Shown here: positions 47,791 to 61,919 of the stretch, piece after piece
How the letters are laid out: each line of letters opens with the position of its first letter
Position numbering within the stretch: position 1 is the first letter of the stretch
Assembly: GCA_038087875.1 (NCBI GenBank)
Contig: CM075991.1
Coordinates: 5,208,001 to 5,272,000 of the forward strand
Direction: 5' to 3'
Source of the DNA: Malacoraja senta
Lineage: Eukaryota
DNA: 64,000 bases
Position numbers and translations under genes: made by a program
The notes under the pieces: model-generated
The model's database searches: none
Told to the model about the DNA's origin: nothing
The model's input: only the letters and a program-made list of their open reading frames with translations

Positions 47791-50162
47791 GGTAAAGTGA
47801 TCTTAAAGAATTGTGTTCATTGTCATGTGGTTTAACGGACCATCTAAACTCTGTGTTTAGACGTCCACTGAGGAATGGACATGTGGGGAACCTGGGGCCG
47901 TGGTCACCGCAACCTCAAAATAATATGGTTTACAATTTATTGCAAATAGTGAAAGGCCTGGATAGAGTAGATGTGGAGAGGATGTTTCCACTAGTGGGAG
48001 AGTCCAGGACCAGAGGCCACAGCCTCAGAATAAAAGGACGTATCTTTAGAAAGATGAGGAGGAATTTCTTTAGTCAGAGGGTGGTAAATCTGTGGAATTC
48101 ATTGCACAGAAGGCTGTGGAGGCCAAATCAATGGATATTTTTTAATGGCATCGATTTTTGACAGATTTTTGATTAATAAGGGGTGTCAGGGCTAATGGGG
48201 AGAAGGCAGGAGAATGGGGTTTAGAGTAAAAGATAGATCAGCCATGATTGAATGGCAGAGTAAACGATAGGGCCAAATGGCCTAATTCTGCTCCTATAAC
48301 TTATGGACTTCTGAACAAAAACTTTATTCCAAATTTAACGGCAGATGAATGAAAGACAGTTTCTCTGCATCATAAACCCGCAAATTAGATTGCAGCCAGC
48401 AGACGACTTTGTGATACATCTTACACGATCTTTAAGTTTTAAAACCCAATAAATGTTTCCAATCGATTCAGGACCACAAATTACATCGAATAAAGTGGTT
48501 TACAACATGTTGCAGCAACCTTTTTAGTTAATGGAAGATGAATGAAACACAATTACTCTACATTGGGAACACTAAATTAGACTGTTTGAAGCAGGTAGAA
48601 CACCTTCTCATCCATCACGCATTAACCTTTTCTATGGTAAGGTTTTATAACCAAATAAACATTTTCAATCGGTTCAGGTTTGGAAGTCCGTTCATGTGGG
48701 AGTAGGGGTAGGGAGCACCATAGTCCTATTCTACTGATTTAAATTATGATACATGGTTCTATGGTCTCTGGTTGGAGAGGGGTTCTATGGATCTGCTGGA
48801 GCTCACAGTTGCAAGCCACTTCAATTCCCCTTTCCATTCCCAAATCATCAGCATCTCTATCCTGGTCCACCTCCACCGCCAGGGAGAGGCCACTCTGGCA
48901 AAGTGGAAACACAACGCCACCTATTCTGCTTGGGTTGCTTACAACCCAACTGTGCGAGTATCAAATTCTCCAACCTCAGGCAACCCACCCCTCCCCTCTC
49001 TCCTCCCCCCTGTGGCACAGCTGCCAGAGACTGACTGACTACATCCTGACTACATGTTCAATCCCTGACTACATATGATGCCTGCATGGAGTTTGTACGT
49101 TCTCCCTGTGACCCGCATGGGTTTTCTCTGGATGCTCCAGTTTCCTCCCACATCCCAAAGACATGCAGGTTTGTAGGTTAATTGGCTACTGTAAATTGTC
49201 CATAATGTGTAGGATAGAACTAGTGTTCGGGTGATCTTATCCCATAACCTCCATCCCATTCCCACTCCCCTTCCACCTACATCTCATCCTCGAGCTTCAC
49301 ATTTGCACCTTTTCTCTCCTTATGACTTTTAGTCTTTCGAGATACAGTGTGGAAACAGGCCCTTTGGTCCACTGAGTCCACTCTGTTAACTGCTCAAATC
49401 CAAAAATACATAATGTCATGGCAAACTGAAGACTTAAATGACCACACAAACAATGAGCTCGGAGTTTGCAAACATATCAGTCTTAGGAAGGGTCCTGACC
49501 CGATATGTAGCCTGTTTAAGACTCGCGGACTACCTTTAATCTAATTTTACTTTGCACTAAATGTTATTCCCTTTATCCTGCATCTACACACTGTGGACAG
49601 CTTGATTGTAATCACATATGGTCTTTCCACTGACTGGAAAGCATGCAACAAATAAATCTTTTCCCTGTACCTCGCTACACGTGACAATAAACTAAGCGAA
49701 GATGCTGGTAATAGGTGACGTTTCGGGTCAAGACCCTCCTTCAGACGGAAAGTCAGGGGAGTGGGAAACGAGCAATATGAAAAGGTACAGCAAGCAAATA
49801 AATGAAGGATATGCAAAAATAACATAAAGTGTTAATAGGCTTTGAAGATTAATAGGTTTGAAGAAGAGTCTTGACCTGAAACATCACCTATTCCACTTCT
49901 CCAGAGATGCTGCCTGACCCACTGAGTTACTCCAGCATTTTTTGTCTTTCTTCGCTTTATATCAGCATCTGCAGTTCCTTCCTCAACTAAGATGCTGCCA
50001 GAACTGCTCAGTTCCTCCAGCACTTCATGTCTTTTCTTGTAAACCAGCATCTGCTGTTCCTTGTGTCCCATCCTATTCCCCTTGGTAATCTACGCTCCCT
50101 GGGGCACGGGCCAGAACATTAATTATATTATTTTCTCTCTGCATAAACGGCGGTGTTCCTAC

Positions 50163-50942
50163 CTCCCATTTAATTTCCTCGAGCGTTGGGCCGAGTTCCG
50201 TTTGTTCTCGTTCGTACGTTTTGCATTTGGCTTTGAGGCTGTTGCACTGCTGGAGAAGTTGGGCAAAGTTGTCCCTCAGTTGCTGCTTCTCTTGTTGGAG
50301 CTGGCTGACTTGGATCTGGAGGAGCTGGCATTCTCCGTGCTCCGTGTGAGAGGAGTGGGTAGTGTTAACGCCATCCCTCCGCTCCGGGCTGCCTGGCCCC
50401 TGCCCGCAGTGTCTCTCCTTCCCATTGTCCAGGGACTCCTGACCTCCTCTCCCTGCCGGTGGATCCACCACTGGATCCCGAGCCGCAGATCTGCTGGCGG
50501 AAGGGGTTGAGTGGAGGCGTGAGCTGCAGTGGTTGGAGCTCAGGTCTTTGTTGCCAGGGCAGTGCCCACCTTCAGAGGTGGACACGATGCCCCCATTTCT
50601 CAAGATGCCTCCAACGGAACCAATGTGTTGGGCTGAACCTCCAAACCTTTTACGAAGGGTGGTGGCGGCACCAGTGGGCTCCGGCCCCCGGCTGCATCCG
50701 GTGCTGTGTGTCGGGAGGCTGGACATGGAATTCCTACCCGAGTCCGACAGTGTACCCGAGCAGCTGGTCTGCTTCTGCTCTCGTCCCTGCTGTTTCCCTG
50801 CAGGGTTTCCCGGATTCGGGACGCTTCCCTGAGACGTAAGCTTCGCGTCCATCTGGTTCCCCAAAGGACCGTTGAGATTGGCGCCATTTCTAGGCACCAC
50901 AGCCTTAACTGCTGTCGGCCTGACAACACTCCTTTTGCTGCC
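50163..50942 (-). CDS. LZTS1: LZTS1-like coding exon 2
   Basis: CTGCAG acceptor, GSKRSVVRPTAVKAVVPR..LSDSGRNSMSSLPTHST..LGPTLEEIKWE, GTAGGA donor; 780 nt, phase 0. Confidence 0.88.
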
Positions 50943-52554
50943 CTGCAGAGAAACAATAGTGGTATGAACATTGAATTCTCTCAATTCATGCATCTTGTGT
51001 GTTATGACTGTTGACAGATCAATTTCCCTCCTGGGATAAATAAAGTTATATCGTATCATATCATTTTAAGTATCTTCTACCAACAATCCTCCCTCCCCCC
51101 CACCTAATCTCCTTCCTTCACACCTAGCTGGTTAACCAGGCTGAAGAAGGGTTTCAACCCAAAACGTTGCCTATTTCCTTCGCCCCATAGATGCTGCCTC
51201 ACGCGCTGAGTTTCTCCAGCATTTTTGTCTAACCAGTTCTATAGTGCACATTAGAAATATAGATACATAGAAAATAGGTGCAGGATTAGGCCATTCGGCC
51301 CTTCGAGCCTGCACCGCCATTCAATATGATCATGGCTGATCATCCAACTCAGTATCCTGTACCTGCCTTCTCTCCATACCCCCTGATCCCCTTAGCCACA
51401 AGGGCCACATCTAACTCCCTCTTAAATATAGCCAATGAACTGGCCTCAACTACCTTCTGTGGCAGAGATTGTATCCCTCTTGAGGCCACACCATACCAAG
51501 ACAACAATTGGCTTACAGAGCACCTCCCTGCTTGAGGTCATTTGTTAACTGTTAACTGTTCCTGGGCTTTTCTCGCCTCCAGCTCTTCACCCTCTGCCCC
51601 CGCCCCCCCCCCCCCCCCCACCCCTCCCAATCCGAGGAAGGATCCCGACCTGAAATGTCACATATATCCTTTTCCTCCAGAGATGCTGACTGACCCACTG
51701 AGTTACTCCAACATACAGTGTCTATCAGAGATATAATTGGACTTGGTTAATCGGAGTTGTTTAGAGATACAGCATGCAACAGGCCCTTTAGCCCACCGAG
51801 TCCATACTAACCCATTCACATTAGTTCTGTGTTGTCCCACTTCCTCATCTGTTCCCTGCACACTAAGGGCAATTTACAGAGGTCAATTAACCTGCAAACC
51901 ACACGTCTTTGGGATGTGGGAGGAAACCGGGGCACCCAGTGGAAACCCACAGTCACAGAGAGAACGTGCAAACTCCACACAGAGGTCAAGATGGAACTTG
52001 ATCACTCTCTGGTGCTCGGAGGCAGCACCTCCACTGTTGCACCACTGTGCCGCCTCTAATATTACATGTTTTCAACTTTTCCATCTCTATAATCAGCCTG
52101 TTTAGTTTCCGTATCTTGGAGATCCAATACTTCAGAAGACAGGGAGATTCCATCTGTTCTCTTCATTGACAGAGTAACAGATCCCACACCACTATTTTAA
52201 TCACAGGATCTTTTGCATCCTCAGCATCTTTAGTTGATAATCACCCGTTAAATTGGCAGATTAACTACTTTGGTTGCTGCTTTGGAATCCTTCTCTGCAC
52301 ACAATTGGTTGCTGGCATTTCCCCCACATCACAGCATTGATTAAACTTTAACAAAGAATATAGAACAGCATTGGCTTGAAGTGCTTTGGTTGGGAAATAT
52401 TTCGTTCTGGTGAATGTTTGCCTCATTCCACAGTATTGCCAGTATATCTTAGCTTTTATTTCAGATTTGTGGAAGGCACAAAGGTACACAAAAATGCTGG
52501 AGAAACTCAGCGGGTGCAGCAGCGAAGGAAATAGGCAACGTTTCGGGCCGAAAC

Positions 52555-53343
52555 CATAGAAACATAGATACATAGAAATTAGGTGCAGGAGTAGGCCATT
52601 CGGCCCTTCGAGCCTGCACCGCCATTCAATATGATCATGGCTGATCATCCAACTCAGTATCCCGTACCTGCCTTCTCTCCATACCCTCTGATCCCTTTAG
52701 CCACAAGGGCCACATCTAACTCCCTCTTAAATATAGCCAATGAACTGGCCTCAACTACCCTCTGTGGCAGAGAGTTCCAGAGATTCACCACTCTCTGTGT
52801 GAAAAAAGTTCTTCTCATCTCGGTTTTAAAGGATTTCCCCCTTATCCTTAAGCTGTCACCCCTTGTCCTGGACTTCCCCAACATCGGGAGCAATCTTCCT
52901 GCATCTAGCCTGTCCAACCCCTTAAGAATTTTGTAAGTTTCTATAAGATCCCCTCTCAATCTCCTAAATTCTAGAGAGTATAAACCAAGTCTATCCAGTC
53001 TTTCTTCATAAGACAGTCCTGACATCCCAGGAATCAGTCTGGTGAACCTTCTCTGCACTCCCACTATGGCAATAATGTCCTTCCTCAGATTTGGAGACCA
53101 AAACTGTACGCAATACTCCAGGTGTGGTCTCACCAAGACCCTGTACAACTGCAGTAGAACCTCCCTGCTCCTATACTCAAATCCTTTTGCTATGAAAGCT
53201 AACATACCATTCGCTTTCTTCACTGCCTGCTGCACCTGCATGCCTACTTTCAATGACTGGTGTACCATGACACCCAGGTCTCGCTGCATCTCCCCTTTTC
53301 CTAGTCGGCCACCACTTAGATAATAGACTGCTTTCCTGTTTTT
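52555..53343 (-). mobile_element. Young CR1/HER1 LINE 3' end (LZTS1 intron)
   Basis: Open ORF2 C-terminus RDLGV.VHQSLK..LVRPHLEYCVQFWSP..GYGEKAGTGY*. Confidence 0.9.
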
Positions 53344-53480
53344 GAAACCCTTCTTCAGACTCATAGAACTTGTAGAAGGCACAGCTCGTCTTCCTACGAG
53401 TTTAGTCTAGAGATACAGCATGGAGACAGGTCCTTCATTCCACTGAGTCTATGCAGACCGTCGATCACCTATGCACACTG

Positions 53481-53772
53481 ATTTAGTTTAGTTTAGTTCA
53501 GAGATACAGCGCGGAAACAGGCCCTGCGGCCCACCGGGTCCGCGCCGACCAGCAATCCCCGCACATTAACACTGCCCTACACACATCAGGGACAATTTTT
53601 ACATTTACCAAGCCAATTTACCTACATTCCTGCACGTCTTTGAGTGTGGGAGGAAACCGAAGATCTCGGAGAAAACCCACGCAGGTCACAGGGAGAACGT
53701 CGAGATCGAACCCAGGTCTCCGGTGCTGCAAGTGCTGTAAGGCAGCAACTCTACCGCTGCGCCACTGTGCCA
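53481..53772 (-). mobile_element. HE1-like V-SINE
   Basis: (TTTAG)n tail and tRNA-like head. Confidence 0.8.
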
Positions 53773-54693
53773 CCCCTTTGTTATCCCCATGGGTTCTTTG
53801 TTATCCCACACCCTCCACACTAGGGGAATTTATTTTTCACAAGAGGCCAGTTAACCTACAAACCCGTACATCTTTGAGAAGTGGGAGAAAACTGGAGAAC
53901 CCGGAGGAACCCACGTGGTAACAGGGAGAACTTGCAAACTCCACACGGACACCCTACCAGCTGTGCCACTGTGCGGGTTGATGTTTGGTTCAGTACGTAA
54001 TGCTCTCATTGCCAACGTAAACGTTGACATGAAATGGAAGGAGTGGATAATCATCAGGATTAAGGTGAGGGATTTGTGTGGTGGTTCACTGATCTCACCT
54101 GGAGATGCAGTCCTTCGCCCCATAGATGCTGCCTCACCCGCTGAGTTTCTCCAGCACTTTTTGTCTACCTTCACCTGTGGCTTTGATCTTTATTACAGAC
54201 TTCTGCAAAGGGTTTGAAGGGGAATACAACAAGACTTCTGCAAAGGGTTTGAAGGGGAATCTTAATAAGCCCTGATCAGATGGACGCAGAGAATTTCACA
54301 CTACCACTCATCAATCAGCCTGATTAAAATTCCTCTGGAAAGCTACCCCGGGTGGAGCCGTACGATGGCAGCCTCGCCGACAGTCTCTCTTGTCCTTTTC
54401 TACTTTTGTTGTTTTTAGTCTGTTGTTCAATGTATGTTTTAGTGTAGCAACTGTACCACTGCGTCACTATGCCACACAGCTAAACATGCCCTGGGGCCCC
54501 ATTAGTCCCCTTGAGGGGCCTGCTTCTGATGACACCACTTTCCCCCCCATGATGAAATAGAAAGTGTTTGGCATTGATATGGCTCCTTTCATGCTGTCAG
54601 GAAGCAAAAGAAAAATACAACTTCACTGCCCATGATGTGGTTTTGGGCTAGAGTTGGTACTGTGGGGTGTCTGGTGGAAGAGGGGGGTCTCAC

Positions 54694-55038
54694 CTGCTCT
54701 AGATGGCCGGAGACAGGGATCAGTGTTGGTGGAGGGCCTTTAACATCCATGTTGATGGGTACGTCTTTCTGAGGCCCTGGGCCAGAGGCACGGCTCTTCC
54801 GCTTGCCCGCAGCCGTCAGTCCGTTGGTTTGGCTGATGCCGATGTAGAAAAAGTCCTCGGTCGTCTCGCACCGGGAGCCGTTGCTGATGGGCTCCTGGCC
54901 GCCGCCAAACTTCAGCAGCCCGTCCTGCTGCCGGATAAACTTCTGGAGGTGCGACGGTTTCTTGCTCCTGGACTCAAAGGCTTTGCAGTGCTTGTCATGG
55001 AGACTCCCCCCCGAGATGAGGCTGCTCACACTCCCCAT
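54694..55038 (-). CDS. LZTS1: Leucine zipper putative tumour suppressor 1-like, coding exon 1
   Basis: MGSVSSLISGGSLHDKHCK..DGLLKFG..EDFFYI..PPPTLIPVSGHLEQ, donor GTGAGA. In-frame TAA upstream of the ATG; acceptor at 55151 implies an upstream non-coding exon. 345 nt, phase 0. Confidence 0.88.
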
Positions 55039-55924
55039 ATTGTCTGCGGCTTGATGGCGTATCGGCGGTGGGGCAGCTCGAGGTTATTCTCCACGGCATC
55101 CCCGATCGCTGGAACAATTCCAACTCAGTCCGTCCAATGCATCCGCTGTTCCTGCCAGCAAACAAAAGGAAGTGGTAAAGAATCTGATGGATTAAACATG
55201 GTGGCGCAGCGGGTAGAAGCACTGCCTCACCCGGGTTCGATCCGAACCTTGGGTGCGATCCTAACCTCGGGTGCTGTCCTTGTGGAGTTTGCACATTCTC
55301 CCTGTGACCGCATGGGGTTCCCCCCAGACCCCAAAGACGTGCGGGTTTGTAGATTAATTGGTCCTCTGTAAATTGTCCGCAGAGTGGATTTGAAAGTGTG
55401 ATAAGGTAGAAATAGTGTGAACGGGTGACCAATGGTCAGCATGGGCTCAGTGGGCTGAAGGGCCTGTTTACATGCTGCATCTCTAAATTAGGATATCACA
55501 CACTAAAGAAGATTGACAATGTCCAGGGTTAAGCAGCCAGTCTGATTGGGACTCAGTCAGTAGCCAAGATATACACTGCTCCTTTCTCAGCAGTGTATAC
55601 ATCAATTTCTGGATGGAGCAGGTGTCTGGAGTTCTTGTATGTTTCCTGCTGGTTTGGCTTCATTGTCCATGCCAACCACTTGGCATGGTGGGCTAGTCCC
55701 ATTTACTGGCATTTTGCCTCTAGCCCTCAAAACCCAATCCATCCATCCATATCCATAAATGTCTTTTAAAAGATTAAAACTTGAATGCACAAGCTTTGTA
55801 AACATTTAATTAAATGCTCCACAGCTCCATTGACTTGGTAAAGTGTAAATAGCAAGGAATTTTCTGAACATTACATGCTTTAGATATTCGATTATTCGAG
55901 CTTCTTTTCTAATTGGTTTCGGTG

Positions 55925-56224
55925 AGTTACAGCACAGAAACAGGCCCTTCGGCCCACCGAGTCTGCACCAACCCGCGACCCCCGCACACTAACACTATCC
56001 TACACACACGAGGGACAAGTTAGATTTATATCAAGCCAATTAATCCACAATACAAATCTTTTGATTGTGGAAGGAAACCGAAGGTCTCGGAAAGAACTCA
56101 TGCGGTCACGGGGAGAAGGTACAAAGTCCGTACAGACAGCACCCGTGGTCGGGATCGAACCCAGATCTCCGGCGCTGTGAGCACTGTAAGGCGGCAACTC
56201 TACCGCTGCGTCACCGTGCCGCCC
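55925..56224 (-). mobile_element. HE1-like V-SINE
   Basis: Full head GGGCGGCACGGTGACGCAGCGGTAG on the minus strand. Confidence 0.8.
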
Positions 56225-56764
56225 GAGGCGTTAGTGTGCACAAGACTTTCTCCAGCACAAGTTCTTTCACTTCTGTATGTTTTGGGATACTGCTTGTCAA
56301 ATTGTCTGGAAGGAATGAATTATTGTCAATTTATTGCCTCGGTCACGGTTAAAGACTCTCTTAAATGCCAAAGAAACCAAGCCCTTTGACAGCAATATAA
56401 ATAGCGACGTTGGAATCCGAGGGACTTCATACACTGCGACACCATGTTATAACATCTTTGTTCAAGGAGTATATGGTCTGAGGGATTAGGTGGACTCACC
56501 ATGAAGGCAAAGGGCTGGCCTACTAACTGCATTCTCGTAGCTAATAATTAGACCCACACCATGAGCAACAACAGCAGTCCGCAGTTTGTGTTACCTTGGT
56601 GTGTCAAGATGATGGAACTGATAGGTAAACAATGCCGCCAACTTCAGAAAACCTGTAGGGTTAAGGGTGGGGGCAAAGACAAATAAGAGACAACTCATTG
56701 ATCCTCTTAAATATACACCCTGCATAGATGTTTGGGCAGTGGGCAGGTGCTATAGAAGGTAGAC

Positions 56765-57150
56765 GCTCCCGCCCCCACGAGTCTCGGGCAGATGGGGCTC
56801 GTCAGCCTGGGAAGGCAGTCCATCTAGGAGAGGGAAAACTCTGATTTAAAACCTCCACTGCCTTGTGGCCATGTCCAGTCATGGAAAAGGCTCCTGGAGT
56901 AAACCCCAATAAAATCCGGAGACGGAGCCCCCTAAGGCAGTTCGTCGTTGTCTACAACCTCGCTCTGGCAGCTCCTGCGATGGCGCTGGTGCCAAACTGT
57001 AACGGCCCTGCTGTTCCTTTGGATCGATCAGCAACGTGGAGAGGGGGGACGTGCTGCATGGTCAACAGCCTGTCCTCCATATGACATCGCCCAGGCTTGC
57101 ATCCGACCAGGATGCATCACCCATGGTCAGTCATGACCAAGAGGGGCCTA
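56765..57150 (+). mobile_element. Probable RTE-derived non-autonomous element
   Basis: GTCAGCCTGGGAAGGCAG..TCTAGGAGAGGGAAAACTCTGATTTAAAACC resembles RTE 5'UTR cores (from recall); GC-rich island in AT background. Confidence 0.4.
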
Positions 57151-58995
57151 CTATAGATGTTGATTATCTAACTAAACAAATATACCCATGTGCTGAAGAT
57201 AGGTACAAAAAGCTGGAGTAACTCAGCGGGTCAGGCAGCATCTCTGGAGAAAAGGAATTGGAGTCCCGAAACACCACCTACTCCTTTTCTCCAGGGATGC
57301 TGCCTGGCCCGCTGAGTTACTCCAGCTTTTTGTGCCTATCTTTCGGCTTATCTTTTGCTCTGGTATTTTATTTAATTCACATGTGTAATTGATAATGTTT
57401 TATTATTAATGTTTAATGTTTTATGTGTCATTCTTAATTGTCACTGTATGTCATGTTGTCACTTGCGAGCGGAGCACCAAGGCAAATTCCTTGTATGTGA
57501 ACATACTTGGCCAATAAACTTATTCATTCATTCATTAAATCAGCATCTGCAGTTCCTTCCATCACACATTTCCATGCGCTGCTGGAAGTGGAAATGTGCT
57601 CAAACGTTGACCCTAAAGTTTCATTTCTCAATCCGACTCAAAATTAGTTGCAGTAATAAGGAACTGCAGGTGCTGGTTTACACAAGAGGACATAGAGTGC
57701 CAGAGTTACTCAGCGGGTCAGGTAGCATCTCTGGAGAACATGGATAGGTGGGAGTTGCTCGAGAAGATCGAGAAATATCATCAATCTTTTTGTGCAAGAC
57801 AGCCCTAAATTTGTAAATCGTGAAATAATGGAGCACAGGAGGAGGCAATTCTGCCACAAGCCTCCATCAGATCCTTTGATCAGACACACATGGGAAAGGG
57901 GTATCATTGGTGTTCCTTGTTCCTGCTCTTAATGGAGGCAATATCCTTGCCATTTCAATGGCTATGCCAACTACTTTCTAACGCAGTCACACAACACCAT
58001 GGTGAGCGCAGTAAATCTCCAGGCCAGGAACCAGGCCCTTCATAAGTTCACATGTTCTGGGAGCAAAATTAGGCCATTCGGCCCATCAAGTCTACTCCGC
58101 CATTCAATCATTGCTGTTCTATCTTTCCCTCTCAACCCCATTCTCCTGCCTTCTCCCCATAACCCCCGACACCCTTACCAATTAAGATTCTGTCTTAAAA
58201 ATGCGCCTTAAAAATATCCAAAGATAGACACAAAATGTTGGAGTAACAGCGGGACAGGCAGCATCTCTGGATAGGAATGGGTGGCATTTTGGATTGATGC
58301 CCTTCTTTAGAGTGAGAGTCAGGGGAGAGGGAGACAGAGATATGGAAGGGTTGACTTGGCCTCCACAAGCGTCTGTGGCAATGAATTCCACAGATTCACC
58401 GCACTCGGACTAAAGAAACTACTCCTCCTCATCTCCTTTCTAAATGTACGTCCTTTTATTTTGAGGCTGTGCCCTCTCCCATTAGCGGAAACATCCTCTC
58501 CACATCCACTCTATCCAGACCTTTCACTCTTCTGTAAGTTTCAATGAGGTCCCCCCTCGTCCTTCTAAACTCCAGCGAGTACAGGACCTCTTCTCCTCCT
58601 TTAAGACTCAAAACCCCAAGTTAAATCACGCTCCACATTCACTCTATCTGGCCCTTCGATCAGGAGCCAATCCAGTTTAGTTTATTGTCACGTGTACCGA
58701 GGTACAGTGAAAAGCTTTTGTTGCATGCTATCCACTCCTCACTACTATTGCCAACCTCCCTTCCATTGACTCTATCGACACTTCATGCTGCCTCAGCAAA
58801 GGCATAATCAAGGACCAGTCTCGCCCCTCTCTCTTCAACCAAGAGGTACAGCAGTATGAAAACACATGGCTCCAGATCCAGGGAAGATTTCTTCCCAGCT
58901 GATCCCAGTCATCAGGCAAGTGAACCATCCTATCACCAACTAGAGAGCGGTCCTGAGCTACCATCTGCCTCATTGGAGTCCCTCGAACTATCTTT

Positions 58996-59349
58996 TTTTT
59001 TATTTTTTATTTTTTTTATTTTTTTATTTATTAGAAGTACATTACATTACAACCACATACATTAGTACTCGTCATTTATATCTTCTTACAATTAATGTAC
59101 TCCATTTATTTTTTACACTAGAAAAGGAAAAGATTGAAAGAAAGAAGAAAGTGAAGGAAAAAGTGAAAGTGTAGGAAATGTGACAACAAAAAAGGACGAA
59201 GACCCTATAAGAGCAAAATTAAAAACAAAAGAAAAAGAGTTAAGAAATAGACCCTAGGAAAGAAAGAGAAAGAGAAAGAGGAAAAAGAGAGAAACAAATA
59301 TTTTTATGAGCATTACGTAAATGGGACATACCAACTCTTCAACTATCAT
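58996..59349 (-). mobile_element. L1 3'UTR fragment inserted in a Rex1-like remnant
   Basis: 14-bp TSD CTCGAACTATCTTT (58982, 59350); near-identical to the 3'UTR at 30494-30842. Confidence 0.9.
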
Positions 59350-61788
59350 CTCGAACTATCTTTAATAGGACTTTACCTTGCACTAAATGTTATTCCCTTT
59401 ATCCTATATCCGTACACTGTGGACGGTTCGATTGGAATCACGTATAGTCTTTCCGCTGACTGGATAGCACACAACAAAAAAAGCTTTTCACTTTTCACGT
59501 GACAATAAACTAAACTGATCTATACAAGGTCTCTATGCAGGGCAGTCACTGAAACAGCGGGAGCCACTAATTTCTATGGGCCACGGACACATTGAGAGGG
59601 TTTGGAAAGCAGAACTGAAGCTAAAGAGTTAATCCTGATTACGTACAGGCAGTTACTTGTCAGCAGTATGCACAGGTGTGCTGTCAGAGAGATTGCCTTT
59701 CCAACATTGCACTGATCTCCAATAAACATTGCTGTTCACACGAAGAAGAAGAAGACTGATGTGAGAGTGGGGTGGTGGGGGGGGGGGGGGCGGGAAGAAG
59801 AAAGGAAGAGGCGGAGACAGTGGGCTGAGGGAGAGCTGGGAAGGAGAGGAGAAAGCAGGGACTACCAGAAATTGTCATTTTTGACTACCTTTGATTTTCC
59901 AGCATCTGCAGTTCCTTCTTAAACATACATAAAATACAGGGGATCTTTTTTAACACAAAGGGTGGTGAGTACCTGGAACACGCTGCCAGAAGTGGTGGTT
60001 GAGGCAGATACAATAGTGGCATTTAAGAGACATTTGGATAGGCAAGGTGCCAGGGACCCGGGTTCGAATATGACTACGGGTGCTGTATGAATGGAGTGTG
60101 TACGTTCTCCCTGTGACCGCATGGGTTTTCTCCGGGTGCTCTGGTTTCCTCCCACACACTACAGGCTTGTCGGTTAATTGGCTTCGGTAAAAATTGTAAA
60201 TTGACCCTAAAGTGTGTAGGATAGTGTACGGGGTGATCACTGGTCGGCGCGGATTCGGTGGGCCGAAGGTTCTGTTCTTGTTTGGTGCTGTGCTATCTTC
60301 TATAGATAGAAAGAATGAAGTCAAACTCAAGTACAATAGGTGGAGCAAAGGGGAAGCTCAGAGTCTTCTTTAAAAAGTGTAAGCCCTGCCGACTCCTGGG
60401 AATGATCACACTCAATGGGATGTGGGGAATGCCGTTTGGGATGGCTCCTTCGTGGGGAACTGATGGACGGCCACTGTGAACAGCAGAAATATCAGGCACC
60501 CTCCCAAATGACCCAACTACCCTCTCCATCACCTCCCGCTCTCTCTCTGCAGGTTCCCCACTTCCCGCATCAGCTACCTCACAGGCAAGTCATCCTCAAT
60601 CGCAGGCAGACAAAAGTGCTGGAGAAACACAGCGGGTGCAGCAGCATCTATGGAGCGAAGGAAATAGGCAACGTTTCGAGCCGAAACCCTTCTTCAGGCG
60701 TTCCCTTCAGAGATAGGATTACTCTGCGCACTTCATTGCAATTTAAAATCCTCCCGCCTACAGCTCCTGTTCTCCCACAGTCAGCGGCTTGTGAGCCTGT
60801 TAAACAGCATTAAGTACCAGTTAATAGATCCTCACAAATCCGCCAACCTGTTCTTTAGAAAGGATTGCCTTTGACGAGGAGAGGTATCTTGAACAAATGG
60901 ACCTGGAATTGCAATAAAGCTGTCCAACCGTTAGACTTTAAAGATACAGGGCGGAAACAGGCCCTTCGGCCCACTTATTATTGATTATTAATAACCCATT
61001 ATCTGTTATCTGCACTTTATCAGTTTATTTATTCATGTGTGTTATATTTATATTATGGTATATGGACACACTGATCTGTTTTGTAGTCAATGCCTACTAT
61101 GTTCTGTGTGCTGAAGCAAAGCAAGAATTTCATTGTCCTATCAGGGACACATGACAATAAACTCACTTGACTTGACTTATTCCACGTCAACCAGCAATCA
61201 CCCTGTACACTAGCGCTATCCTACTTATTAGGGACAATTCACAATTTTAACAAAGCCAATTAACCTACAAACCTGTGTGTCTTTGGAGTGTGGGAGGAAA
61301 CCAGAGCACCCAGAGAAAACCCAAGCGGTCACAGGGAGTACGTACATACTTCATACCCGTGGTCAGGATCGAACCCGGGTCTCTGGCACTGTAAGGCAGC
61401 AGCTCTACTGCTGCGCCACTGTGCCACCCACCTGCGCCACAGTGCCACATCACCCTCAGGCTTAACGCAGGAGGGAGAGGATAGATGAATGCAGAAGAAT
61501 ACCATCCTTCGAGATTCACAGTAAATACTTTAACGGCTAGATAGTCACCTAAGTTTTCCCATATCTCCTTACAAATGTAGAAGGCCATTCAGCCCTTTGT
61601 GTCTATGCTGGCTCTCAGAGCAATCCCATTCCCCACATACTTCACTGTAACCTGAGAGTGGGTCAAGAATGTTTTATTGTCATATGTACCAAATCTTCTT
61701 ACTTACAGCAGCACTACAGGTTAACAAATACTGTGATCAATAGATAATATATTAAACAAACAGCGGGAAATGTTCAACAAATAAAAAA

Positions 61789-61823
61789 GAGAGAGAGAGA
61801 GTGTGAGTGTGAGTGTGAGTGTG

Positions 61824-61919
<96 letters not shown>

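Noticed and set aside
54197..54260. 29-bp direct repeat with 6-bp spacer
   Set aside because: Real but consistent with a simple local repair duplication; no further structure.
54703..55371. 222-aa plus-strand ORF (and similar ORFs opposite LZTS1 exons 2-3)
   Set aside because: Antisense shadow of GC-rich coding exons running into SINE sequence; no recognisable protein.
59700..59754. ACG(AAG)4 tail as a third copy of the HDV-headed element
   Set aside because: Only the tail resembles it; no body or ribozyme sequence upstream.
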